The notes below the pieces were generated by a model. The model had not been told where the DNA came from. It saw only the letters and a list, made by a program, of their open reading frames with translations, and ran no database searches. Both the position numbers and the translations under genes were made by a program. 64,000 nt of DNA. Source: the human T2T-CHM13v2.0 reference genome, Homo sapiens. This document shows, one piece after another, positions 1-14,803 of the stretch. The stretch lies in assembly GCF_009914755.1 (NCBI RefSeq), contig NC_060936.1; one strand, written 5' to 3'. How positions within the stretch are numbered: position 1 is the first letter of the stretch; every line of letters starts with the position of its first letter.

Positions 1-217
1 AAGTATGTAAAGAAGGCTAAAGAAAGTTAAGCATGGACAGCACTAGAGAGGGGCAAGTGTCCAAGGCCTATACAGGGATGTTAAAGGAAGAGTTAACTCC
101 CAGAATTGGATCATCTACACTGGTCCTCTGCCTGTTGTTACTCTTTCAATCTCTGCAATTGGGAATGGGATGTGAAAGGTGAATTCCATAGCAGCCAGCA
201 CTAATCTAACCCCCTAC

Positions 218-365
218 CCTGTGCTGGACCCCCAGGCCGGGGGAACTGTGTGAGGACAGGCAGGGGACTGAGTCCTGTGCAGACACTGCTGAGGCTGGTG
301 ACAGGAGAGGGTGCTGGAGACTGGGTAGGAGATGTGACAGGGCTGCTGCTCATTTGTGTGTTGGC
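218..365 (-). CDS. R3HDM2: R3HDM2 exon ANTQMSSSPV...PGGPAQ(G)
   Basis: TTTTCCACAG acceptor, G|GTAGGG donor, 148 nt; later exons lie outside the window. Confidence 0.93.
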
Positions 366-524
366 CTGTGGAAAAGAGGAGCACACGTCACATAAACATC
401 AAACATTACCCTCTGGATATTCCTATGGCTTGGCTTAAAATTCACCTCTCTCAGGAAATAAGTTTCTCTTGCTGAACTCTGCCAAAGTCAGACTCTTCCT
501 TCAAACTGCAACCTCAGTCCTTAA

Positions 525-864
<340 letters not shown>

Positions 865-1117
865 ATTTATGTTATTTTAATATCCATTTCTGGCATATTG
901 ATTTAAGTATTCTCTGAGCATTTTCAAGTGTGTATCCCACCTGCCACCTTATATATTAGGTTCCTTAAAAGAGGATGCTGTCTACTTCCTGTGTTTCTCC
1001 CCAGAAAGTACCCAGGAAAAGACATGTAAAAGAGGCTGCTCAGTCAATAGCAAACATTGCGCCCCGGGAAGAATACGGTCATCTCCTTGCCAAGACAAGG
1101 CTGAGTGCTGCACTCAC

Positions 1118-1287
1118 CTGGGGGCTGCTGTCAGGACTGTACAGGTCTCCAGGCTTCTGCCCCCGCTGGTCCATGCTGTAGTATTTACAATGACTCCACT
1201 GGACCATGGATGGGTTCTGAGGGGGCTGGGGTCCATTAGGGACATTCAGCTGCATGACCACTACACCTGGTCCAGAAGGTGACACTC
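1118..1287 (-). CDS. R3HDM2: R3HDM2 exon VSPSGPGVVVMQL...PDSSPQ
   Basis: CCCTTCAG acceptor, CAG|GTGAGT donor, 170 nt. Confidence 0.93.
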
Positions 1288-1699
1288 CTGAAGGGCAGGA
1301 AGAAAGCAGTTGGTTACAAATTCCAACTGTATTTTTGCCTTCCAACTAGCCCTGAGTGGGAAAGCAGCAAATAAATCCACCCATTGCCTCAGGGTCACTC
1401 AAGCTACGTCTTGCCAGGAACCTGAGATGGCTGCTGATGTGGCTTCTGACTCCATCTTCTCAAACCAGTAGAAGTTTGAGTGGAAGGGATATGAGCCCCA
1501 GATGCCAGTGCTCCCCTGGCCTTCACCTGGTGAGGGGTACTTTGGTATGCTTGGCAGAAAACTACTCCATTCTGTCAACGCTGGCTATAACCAAATGCCC
1601 AGGTCAGATTGCTCAAATGTCTAGGCATGGTACGGGTCCAGGTCTGGGCCACAGGCCAGGGCTGCAGACACGTGCAGGCTTTTCTGGTAATGGCTATAG

Positions 1700-2209
1700 A
1701 TAAGGCAGTGACCTCTGGTTGTTCTGGAGAAGATAAATCCACATAGTTTCACTATGCCAGACCCAGAAAGTACATCTTGGCCAAGAATGGGGTAAGCTGG
1801 GAAGCATTTTAAGCATTTAAGCATGGAGATGTATGTCATATTCAGGAACTGACAAATGATTCAAGGTGCTAAGACACAGGGGCCATATAGGGGAAGCAGT
1901 AGGAGATGAGACACGTTTATTTAACAAACTCTTATTGAACATTTGCTATGTGCTAGTTCCTATGTTGGGCACTGAGTGTACAAAAAACAAGGCTGTCCCT
2001 GCCCTGATAGAATGGACAGTCTATTAAAGAGTCAGACATTAAACAAATAGTTGGTGTCAGAGTTTGAAGCATATTCTGGTAAGATGTTTGGACTTTATCC
2101 TGTAGGTGTTGGGAGACCTATGCTTTGGAGAGCTAACTCAAACGGCCAAATGTAGGATAGCTAGGGAGAGAGACCAGCAGCAAGAAAGACCAGTCAGGAA
2201 GCTACTGAA
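1700..2209. mobile_element. Degenerate L2-like fragments (approximate bounds)
   Basis: L2 3'-end-like text, e.g. ATTTAACAAACTCTTATTGAACATTTGCTATGTGCTAG. Confidence 0.5.
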
Positions 2210-2490
2210 GGTCGGGCACAGTGGCTCATGGCTGTAATCCCGGCACTTTGGGAAGCCGAGGCAGGTGGACTGATTGAGCCCAGGAGTTCAAGAGTAGCCT
2301 GGGAAACATGGTGAAACCCCATCTCTACAGAAAATACAAAAATGAGCTGGGCATGGTGGCAAGCACCTGTAGTCTCAGCAGCTCAGGAGGCTGAGGTGAG
2401 AGGATCACTTGAGCCTGGGAGGTCGAGGCTGCAGTGAGCCGTGATTATGCCATTGCACTCCAGACTGGGTGACAGAATGAGACCCTGCCT

Positions 2491-2529
<39 letters not shown>
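2210..2529 (+). mobile_element. Alu (AluJ-like) with long A tail
   Basis: Alu consensus followed by about 38 A. Confidence 0.93.
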
Positions 2530-2530
<1 letters not shown>

Positions 2531-3459
2531 CCTGCTGAAACAGAATGAAGAGATTTGAAATTAGGGCAATGCCAGCAGGAATGGAGTGAAAGTCAGACCC
2601 TCTGAAGGTTACACTGACAGGTTCAGGTGACTGACTGAATGCGACTTTGAGGTTTTGGCACTGGCAACCATGGATAGACTCATCCTCCCACAGGGTGGGA
2701 GAAGGGAAAGCCTTAATAAGGAGGAACATTAAGACCTAAATCTTCATGGTGAAAAGCAAGGTAAAGAGTCAGGGTCAAGCAGTTTGATGGACAGTCCCTG
2801 CTGGGAGGGATGGGCTGGAGCTCTGCTTCCCCGCAAGGGATTGTCTAGAGTGAGGGTTTATTCCTGACCTCCCAGGCTATATTCCTGTTGAGGCTGAGTT
2901 CACACGTGGGTGGTGGTGGAGAAATGGGAAATTTGGGGTTACTAGCTTGAAAACCTGCTGCAATGCTGCTGTTTTCATGGCTCGATGCTCCAGGGCTGCC
3001 ACTGCTGCTGTCATCAAATTGCTTCCTATGACGGGAAATGTTGCAGCCTCTGCCCTGGGCACCAGTCATGCTGGGAAGTGAGCGTGATTGTTTTTCTCAG
3101 GTAGTATCAGTCAAAAGAAAGGAAAAGAAATGGTGGGAGGTCTAAGAGAAGCTCAGGAGACAGCATCTGTCATATCATATTCCCCAGACCATTTGTACCC
3201 CTGACCCTCTAGGGTTCATCCAGTCAGAGAGCACAAATACTCAGTGCAACAGGCTCAGATATCCCCATCTCCTGCCAAGGTGGACAGAGTATTCATGGGC
3301 ATAGGTTGTAGTAGGGCCATAGGAAAACTGCACAGTTGTGGAGTGTCATGCATTTAACAACTCTCCCCTTACTGTAGTTTTGCTGGGTATTTTATTTCCC
3401 CATCCTAAGAATCGCTCACCTGCTTCAACATCCTCTACCAACAAAATTGCAATTGACCT

Positions 3460-3597
3460 TATTCAAATACCTCATTGCTACTTGAGAGTCTAATGTAAAA
3501 ATAATTAAATCTATTGTTTTTCTAGAAGGTATTCAAATACCTCATTGCTACCTGAGGGTCCAATGTAAGAATAATTAAATCTATTGTTTTTCTAGAA
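3460..3597. repeat. 70-bp direct tandem duplication (2 copies)
   Basis: TATTCAAATACCTCATTGCTA...TTTTCTAGAA repeated with period 70; 4 mismatches over 68 nt. Confidence 0.95.
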
Positions 3598-5677
3598 AGC
3601 AGCTCATAATCTGAGCCTAATGCCCTGGGCCAGGAAAGGTGGAGAAGGGGGTGAGTGTGTAGAAATAAGCATAAGCAAGGCAGTGGAAGCTCTAATACCA
3701 GCAGGTAGTCATAAGGAGCTATTAGGGAGGTCACAGGGAGAGGGAAAGAAAACAAAGTCCTCATATTATTATCTCTGATCCCAACAAAAACAAAGCCAGG
3801 GTTTTTAGTTGCAGCCTCTGTCCTGAGCTCCTCCCCACACTGAGTCCTCCCCTGCTGGCCTGAAGCATTGTTCCTTCACTTAGCTGAGAACACAGAGCAC
3901 TACTCCACTGATGAGCTGATTTTTATGCTTCTCTTCCTCGAGCCCAAAGCAGGTGGCATCTGTTAGCAGCTGAACTGTCACTACTTCTTAATAGACGTGG
4001 CAAAAAAAAAAAAAAAAAAAAAACCCTCTGCCCAGTGACAGCACTTCCATATAATCAGGTTGGGGGAAGGAGCATGGGTTGGCAGCCAGTGGGAAGTGGG
4101 AGGGGGGGTTGAATAAGGAAATCAATTTCAGCTTGAAAGCTCTGAAAGGAGAGGGGACGTGTGAATGGCTTTTTAAGTGGCATCATTAAACCTGGGCAGA
4201 AAGGTCGATTGGGCACAGCAAACCGCATAAATACAAACAGATGACATTTATGTCTGGCAGAATTGTTTTTCATTTTTGTTTTTTTGTTTTTTTAAATCAC
4301 TGAGGTAGAAGACTGATAGGCTTCTTACCACCAGAAATCACATCTATGGAAAGGAATTGTTTGGAGAAATAAAATCCACAGGCATCTTTCCCAAATTAAA
4401 AGATAGAATCCAATAATATCTTGGTATTTTTCCTTTTTTTGGTGGGGGAGTAGGATATCTTCACTAAATGGAAGACGAAAGAGCAGTCTCAGCTTTGGAA
4501 ACCCCTCAGCTAAACAATGAGCCAGTAAATATGTGAGAGGCTATTTCTGTATGCATTTCACTCTGTCCATGCTGCTGTGTCACTGTGAGTTGGGAGTCTC
4601 TGTATAGGTATCACTGCCATTTCATGTCTGTGTGCATCTTCCCCAGACAAGCACCCCTGTAGAAACCTCAAGGGACCTGCAACCATCATTTTAATGGGAG
4701 AAGTCTTTCCTGGGGTTAGAGTTATGTCTCATACTATAGTGAAGGAATTAAAGTTCAGGCCTGGGGGTAAACAGGGCAACTACAAAAATGTATTAATAAA
4801 CCAGAACAGTTGTTCCAGGAACAGCTAATCCTAATCCCTGCCTTTATTTTTGGAAAAGTGACCATGTTGCTACATGAGAGAAGGGCAGGCAACTGTCCTC
4901 TGAAGGTGACAGAGGGGCCCTTGTGGGTTATGCCTGCTGTCTATCTTTTCAGTATAGGGTAAACGAGGCACAAGAAGCACTTGTTTCCCTTTTTCCACCT
5001 CCTCTTAGATTTCCACAAACAGGGATTAAAGACCTATAAGATCGATATGGTGAATACAGTATTTTACATGATATGGGTAGAACACAAGATACCACTATCT
5101 AGGAAAAGTACAAGGGGTCAGTCAGAAGCCTAGGATCAACCAGGGTAACTAAGAACAAAGGAGATACAACTGAGAAAATTCCAAAGAAGCAAGGAAAACA
5201 GACGATAAAGAGGGATTCTCCATTTCTTTTGACGTGGGAAGCCTACATTAATTATCTCTTTCTTCTAACCCTGGTCCAGATTTCTAGTGTTGCCAACTTC
5301 CAGAACTGTTGTTTTAGTTTACTTAAATTAACCTAGTATGACAGAGTAGGTAATGAAAAATTCTTTTCACTTGATTTGTTTATGGTTCAAAGATCTTGCA
5401 TTTGAAGATGAATAGATGTAACCACAGTGACCCAATAGATATAAGGACATGCCACAAAGGATACACACAAAAATGCACATACAAGTATACCTACATGTAC
5501 ATGCAGGAGAAAAAATGCCCCGCAGTACCCAGCACCACCATAGGCTACAGTGCTTCTTGGAGCTGGTTTCTGCAATATCTATACCCCACTGGAAATTTTA
5601 AGGCCAAGTGCCCCTGGCAGACACTAGGAGAAACAGCCAGAGAGACCAATAACATAATAAAAGTTAAGGACTTTTGA

Positions 5678-6057
<380 letters not shown>

Positions 6058-6252
6058 TAATGAGTAAGATTAATTCTGGAATCTACTCCACAGCATCCAA
6101 CATAGTGACGTACAAAAAATCTTCAAGTGAAAATATTCCATTTCTAAATAGGGAAAATTGACAAAATATCTCCCTCTCACCAGAAGAGGGCACTCTGACA
6201 TTCCCACGATAGAGTGGAAAGGAGATGGTTGGAGGCTAAATTAAGACTTCCT

Positions 6253-7178
<926 letters not shown>

Positions 7179-7875
7179 TCCCCTAAAGTTTCTTTAACTG
7201 CAGTGTATTGCTATTTGAGGGTAGGGTGAAAGGGATACAAACAAGGGCAGCTGTACTTGCGTGTTAGGGGAATTCTTGGCAAAGGCAGTGAAAGGCTGCA
7301 TGGCATAAACTTATTAACTTGGAATGGCTGGCCTCTCCAAAGAGGGCCCTTAGCTGTGTAACATGATGTCCATTTATTTTCCACTGGAGAGAAAGAAATT
7401 GAGTAAAAAAAAGTGTTGAAAATGTGTTGAAGACTCAGTATGGGATGCGGAAAGTCAAAAGACCCAAATTCAAGTTAGAGGATTGTGACTTTAGGCAAGT
7501 CATTTAATTTCTTTGAGTTTTAAATTTCCTCCTCACAAAGTTATGGTGAGAATTAAAATGTTACAATGTATGTGAGCACACAACAAAAGCTGCTAAACAA
7601 ATCTAAGCTCTAAGTTAAAAAGCGTTTTATCAACTTCCCTCACCCTCCCAAGAGAAAAGAAATGCTGTCTATATGAAGGATAAGTACAGAAGACACAGGT
7701 CTTCTGTGTCTTCATTTCATGACCCAAAGGCATGTGAGTATAGTGCTAGATTCAGAAAACAAAAAAAAGAAAAAAAGAAAAGAAAAGAAAAGAAAAGAAA
7801 AAGAAAAAAGAAAAACAAAGAAAACTAAGAATGCAGAGACATAGCTTTTCAGGGCTGAGGCAACCAATGTCATTT

Positions 7876-8831
<956 letters not shown>

Positions 8832-8979
8832 TAAGACTGTTTTTTCTTTGTGATGGAGTCACAGTGGGGACAGACCCAATACCTGAACTCTTTTTGCCCT
8901 TCCCAGCTCTAGAGCACAGGCCCTTCAGCAATGTTTGCTCTTGTCAGTGCCCAAGACCCACAGTTCCTTATCCTCTTAC

Positions 8980-9080
8980 CTGAGTACTGCTGTGGCATCT
9001 GTGGTGGACTGCAGGGAGAGGGAGACTGAGGCATCTGGTACTGCTCAGAGCCAGGGGGTTGCAGAAACCCTACAGAAGGG
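8980..9080 (-). CDS. R3HDM2: R3HDM2 exon PSVGFLQPPG...PQQYS(G)
   Basis: TCTTCCCAG acceptor, G|GTAAGA donor, 101 nt. Confidence 0.93.
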
Positions 9081-9523
9081 CTGGGAAGACAGAGAAGAGA
9101 GGAGTGGTGAAGCAGTAGAGGGATGAACACAGCTCCTGGCAAACAGCTGCTGCTTCCTGGTCCTCCCCTATGGGAAGGAGAGGCAACTTCAAGCCATTCC
9201 CAGACCAATTTGCCATGCAATTTCTAAAATCACTCATCAGTTCAAAGTTAATTATATGTATTTGTACTTGATCATCTTTCAATTAGGAAGCTGCTAATCA
9301 GTGCTACAGATGGAATGTTAGTGACACATGCTCTTCCCAACACTGGAAACACCAGACACACATACATGCACATATGCACACACACAGATTCCAAGAAACA
9401 CAACAGAAACACAGACAAAGAGAGTGTCACAGACACAGACACAGAGTGCTAGAAAGAGATGGGTAAAAAAAAAAAACACAAAAACTAAGGATTGCTAATT
9501 ATTTTTGGCCTAAAAAAAAAGTC

Positions 9524-9817
9524 AGTTGGGTGCAGTGGCTTACGCCTGTAATCCCAGCACTTTGGGAGGCCAAGGCAGGTGGATCATGAGGTCAGGAGTT
9601 CGAGACCAACCTGGCCAACATGGCGAAACCCCGTCTCTACTAAAAATACAAAAATTAGCTGGGCATGGTGGCGCACACCTGTAGTCCCAGCTACTCAGGA
9701 GGCTGAGACAGGAGAATTGCTTGAACCCAGGAGGTAGAGGTTGCAGTGAGCTGAGATTGTCATTGTACTCCAGCCTGGGTAACAAGAGCAAGACTCCATC
9801 TCAAAAAGAAAAGAAAA
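9524..9817 (+). mobile_element. Alu
   Basis: Alu consensus. Confidence 0.92.
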
Positions 9818-10551
9818 GTCAAAAACAAATATAGTCACATAAAGACAAATAGAAAAAAATAACGCCACAAAACTCAAAACAACCTGGAGACATATATAGA
9901 AAAAGACAAAGGTAAATGCACATATACTGGGAGACAGGCATACAGAAACACGTGGAGTTGCCCAGACTCCAGTTCTTGTTCCACCTCTGCCTCTAACTAG
10001 CTATGTTAATTTAGGTAAATTTTTTAACAGCCCTAGCTGGAATTTCCTCATTTAAAAATGAGAGAAAAATAAAACAAGGGGAGTGGACTAGATGATTTCT
10101 AAGGTGCCTTCTACCACTAAAAATTCTATTCACTATGACCTATATTCAGTTATATATAAATAGATACAGAAATAGACACACCATCAGTTTCATTGATAAA
10201 CAGAGGTACACGGAAAAATTTACACATCACAGTCCAAAAAAATTTCTTCTCTTAATGATGAGCAGTCTCTATCCTCTAGTTCTGAGTCCCATTCTTTTGA
10301 AAAATAAAAATGGAGGAAATCATAAATTATAAGTCTCTGAAGCAGGAATTTTTTTCTGCTGATAACCTCTTAGGCACATGTCAAATCAATAAGTGAAAAG
10401 GAGAATGAACTCCCTCATATTCTACCTGCTTTAGGGAACTACTGGGATCTTTACCCCTGCCTTTCTTAGGCCAGTGGAAACAAAACCATGATGCAACTGT
10501 TGCTGAAGGTCTATGGGAGATGTCCTGTCCTGGCTCTCTGGGAGTCCTCAC

Positions 10552-10706
10552 CTCGTACCGTTCTGCTGAGCAGGTGGGATCATGCTATAGTACACTGGTA
10601 CCCCCGCTGCTGGGAGGCCTCCTTGCACAGACTGGCTCACAGGGACCAGCATGGGTTGCTGGAAAGGCGGCTGGACCACATTTTGCGAGTCACTACCCAC
10701 TGGAAC
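10552..10706 (-). CDS. R3HDM2: R3HDM2 exon VPVGSDSQNV...QQNGT(S)
   Basis: TTTCTCACCCAG acceptor, AG|GTGAGG donor, 155 nt. Confidence 0.93.
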
Positions 10707-11170
10707 CTGGGTGAGAAAGAGAAGAGAAAGAATCACATTCGCATTCACATTGAGCTCATGCAGAAACAGCCTAGTCATCACGAGATCAGGGCATTACAAC
10801 TTCCTTCCCTACCTTAGATCCTCCTCCTGTTTTCCCCATCTGCCTAAAGAAAATGTTTCCAGAGCTGTCTCTATTTCTGCCTTCTTCAAATACCACCCTT
10901 GGGCATCTGACATAAAGAAAGGAGCCTGATTTCCTTTAGCCACTACTTTCCTGGGCATATACTCATTCCATGGCTGTATAAAGACCAAACAATTTAAAGA
11001 TTCTTCTAAAACTCCATGGGCTTTCCGTTATAGGAAAAAAACCTAAAAATTCTAGGGGAAAGTAGACACTATTTTAGTATTGGAGTTTTTAGTATGGATG
11101 ACCCTGGGAGGCTCTCCTTTTCCTCATGCCAAGGACTGGGGTGATCCTTCCCAATGCAGAATGCACCCAC

Positions 11171-11331
11171 TTGGTAAGAAGGCAGTGGAGTGTACTGAAC
11201 CACCAGGCCTTGCATCTGGCCCCCCATGCTGCTCCTCTGGCTGCTGAGCAGGCCCTGGTTCTGTGGCTGCTGGACCCCAATCATGCCTTGGTAAGCCGCC
11301 TGCTGCTGGTTAGGCATCATGGGCTGTAAAC
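11171..11331 (-). CDS. R3HDM2: R3HDM2 exon LQPMMPNQQQ...PLPSYQ
   Basis: TCTCTAG acceptor, CAA|GTGGGT donor, 161 nt. Confidence 0.93.
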
Positions 11332-11571
11332 CTAGAGATGGGCAAGGCAGAAAATACATTAGTATGAATGTTTAGGAGGTCACACTCTATCTGTAATTTC
11401 CTTCTCCATTCTATTTTATCTTTCTTTTTCTGGAGAGCATAGGTCTGTTCTTAGGACCCTAATCATTCCTGCCCCTAGACCCACCTTCATTTTAATGGAG
11501 AAGGTACTTCTTTCTTTCCTGGTGTGCCCTTCCCTTATTCACTGCCTTCTTAAACCAGTGGTTTCTCTTAC

Positions 11572-11698
11572 CAGGCTGCTGGGATGGCTGAGGCAGCTGC
11601 TGACCACGTTGGGGGCTATAGGCCACCGGGTGAGAGAGAGGTCGATATTGCTGGTTGGAGTTAGGATATTGTCCAGGGGGATAGTAAGAAACCTGGAT
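11572..11698 (-). CDS. R3HDM2: R3HDM2 exon IQVSYYPPGQ...QPSQQP(G)
   Basis: CTCACCATAG acceptor, G|GTAAGA donor, 127 nt. Confidence 0.93.
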
Positions 11699-12000
11699 CT
11701 ATGGTGAGAGGAGACAGATGTGTGAGAAGTCCCTAAAATTCAGCCGCAACATCAGCATACTACTATAAATGCCTCAAGATTGATGGCCAGAAATATGTAA
11801 ACGGAGATATTTTGGACCTGCAATTGCAGTAAAACAAGGATTTATGTTATATAGAAAGAAGACTTTCTGGCTAGAACAACTCTCAAGTGCAAGGTAGGGA
11901 GAGGTATTCCCTCTGGTCTGTCTAAACTGGAGGAATAAAGAAAGTATAATACTAGACAAACTGAATTAAGTGATTTAAGCTGGGAACTGGAGCTGCTCAC

Positions 12001-12243
12001 CTGTTGAGGGGGCTGCATGTACCCCTGGGGTGGCAGAACTTGCTGAGTAGGTGGTGCATGGCTAGAGGTGGAATAGTTGGAAGTGGGGAGGGGCTGACCC
12101 GTGGAAGCCATGATGAAGCTAGTCTGCTGAGGGTGCTGGGAGATAAGTGGGGTCTGGAATAGAGCTGCAGATGGGTCAGCTGCTTCAGTAGAACCTTGGC
12201 GACTAAGGCTCATTTGTCCAAAGGGGTTGCTGAGGTCATCTGC
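12001..12243 (-). CDS. R3HDM2: R3HDM2 exon ADDLSNPFGQMSLSRQ...YMQPPQQ
   Basis: CTCTCAACAG acceptor, CAG|GTGAGC donor, 243 nt. Confidence 0.94.
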
Positions 12244-12441
12244 CTGTTGAGAGAGTATAAGACACAGGATTGGGGCTGTATCAAACCTCATGTCTTTGGC
12301 TTCAACATAGACAGAGAGAAATAGCAATGCTTTTTACAACCTTCTTTAAAACAATGGGGGATAGTCCTACCTCTGTGCTGTGCTATGAATTGAATAGCTG
12401 TTGAAGTCCAACTCCAGAGCCAGTCTCTCTATCACATATGA

Positions 12442-13116
<675 letters not shown>

Positions 13117-13686
13117 CTATGATTGTTGTTAGGGTTAGTCCTTGGGAGATGGGAGCTATGACACAATTACTGTATATAGAAAAAACAGGACAAACTAGCG
13201 GCTTAACGAAAAAGATTAAAGAGTCTTTCCATTTCCTGTTTTCCTTATGCCCCCAACCATAAAAAGGCCCCTACATTGCCACAAATCCTGTTTTTATAAT
13301 AAAGGACCCAGATAACACCTTGAGTGGATCATGGGTAGCTAGGTTCATGTGCCTTCACAGCTCTGCCTATGCAGCAGCAAGACTGGGGGCTCCCACTCCT
13401 GCTGCTTATCTCCTTACTCCCTCTGGAGGTCATTTCCACCTTTGTTCTCTGACACTAGCCTAGAATTCTCCTGCCCTTCAGAAACTACTTCCAATTCTCA
13501 CCTCCAAAAGGAGGGCAGAGTGAGTGGCTAAGCTGGAGGATAAGACTGACTGGCCAGGCTGTAATTGCCTTCTCTCTCAGCTCTCTTTCCTAAGCAGCAA
13601 GGGTGATGGTGTTCCATCTCTCACTCATATGGTGATAGGTTAGAGTTTGTTAGCTTCCTTTTCCCTTCTGCTCCCTGGACAGTAAT

Positions 13687-13717
<31 letters not shown>

Positions 13718-13718
13718 C
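13687..13718. repeat. (CA)n microsatellite, (UG)n in the pre-mRNA
   Basis: Read directly. Confidence 0.95.
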
Positions 13719-14120
13719 AACTAGCAGAAACCAAAAGACAATGCTTTTCTGTAGTTTCATTCCATTTTCAAGGATCTGATCTTCAAGTTAGCTGTTTTGC
13801 TACTTATTGGGCAGGAATAGATGACAAGTGAACTGGACTGCAGATTATTTTGAACTCGATATTCCAGGACAATCAACATGGAAATAAGAGGTAGGAGGAG
13901 GGAGAGGATTCTAGAGAAAAAGTAGATGTTAAGACAGAGCAAAACAATTCAGGGCTCCTACAACTATGATGGAAGTTATCAACTATGAGGCAAATCAGAT
14001 CTTCAAAGGATTTGTAGAGTACAAACGATTTAAACAGCATGTGCTACGCAATGGATGAGGATTTTTAAAATATAAACTGACATGGTAAAACAGGGGAACA
14101 GTTTAAGTTTTTGCCAGTGA

Positions 14121-14351
<231 letters not shown>

Positions 14352-14701
14352 TAGAAGAAACTAGGTTCCTCAGACATGCCTAGGGAGCAAATTAGATTTA
14401 GGATGTACATCGTAGAGATGAGGAGCCTAGGTTATACCAACATCCAATTTCATTCTCTGTCCTGAAACTTGGGGGAACACAGTGTTCCTCTGTCTTACAT
14501 TTAAGCATCTTTTGATGTGCTGTGATGAGGCCATTAGCATGGAGTATAGTTCAGCCTGTGCTGGTCCCTCAAGAAGAAATAGCTTTCAATATGCCCTCCA
14601 AAAGCACAACATGCTTACAAGGCCATCACAGACTGACCCAGACATACCTACAGATACAGGCCACACATGAACAAGACAAAAAGGGGGAATGGAGTTTATA
14701 C

Positions 14702-14803
14702 CATGTTGTACTGCTGGGGCGGAGAGACTGGCAGAAGGACTTGGGGACAGGAGCTTGGAGAGAACTGAACAGGCTGCGGAGAGGGCTGCAGAGCCGGGAC
14801 TGG
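14702..14803 (-). CDS. R3HDM2: R3HDM2 102-nt cassette exon PVPALQPSPQPVQFSPSSCPQVLLPVSPPQQYNM
   Basis: Long pyrimidine tract then CCCACAG, ATG|GTATAA donor, phase 0-0; P/Q-rich like the neighbouring exons. Confidence 0.82.

Noticed and set aside
3460-3597. Direct repeats as a possible CRISPR-like array
   Set aside because: Two adjacent copies with no unique spacers, in primate DNA, with no cas genes
4570-4620. CTCACAGTGA on the minus strand matches the 5' end of miR-128, which is hosted in introns of the paralogues R3HDM1 and ARPP21
   Set aside because: Only about 10 nt match, the rest of the mature sequence is absent and there is no complementary hairpin arm; no miR-128 paralogue is supported
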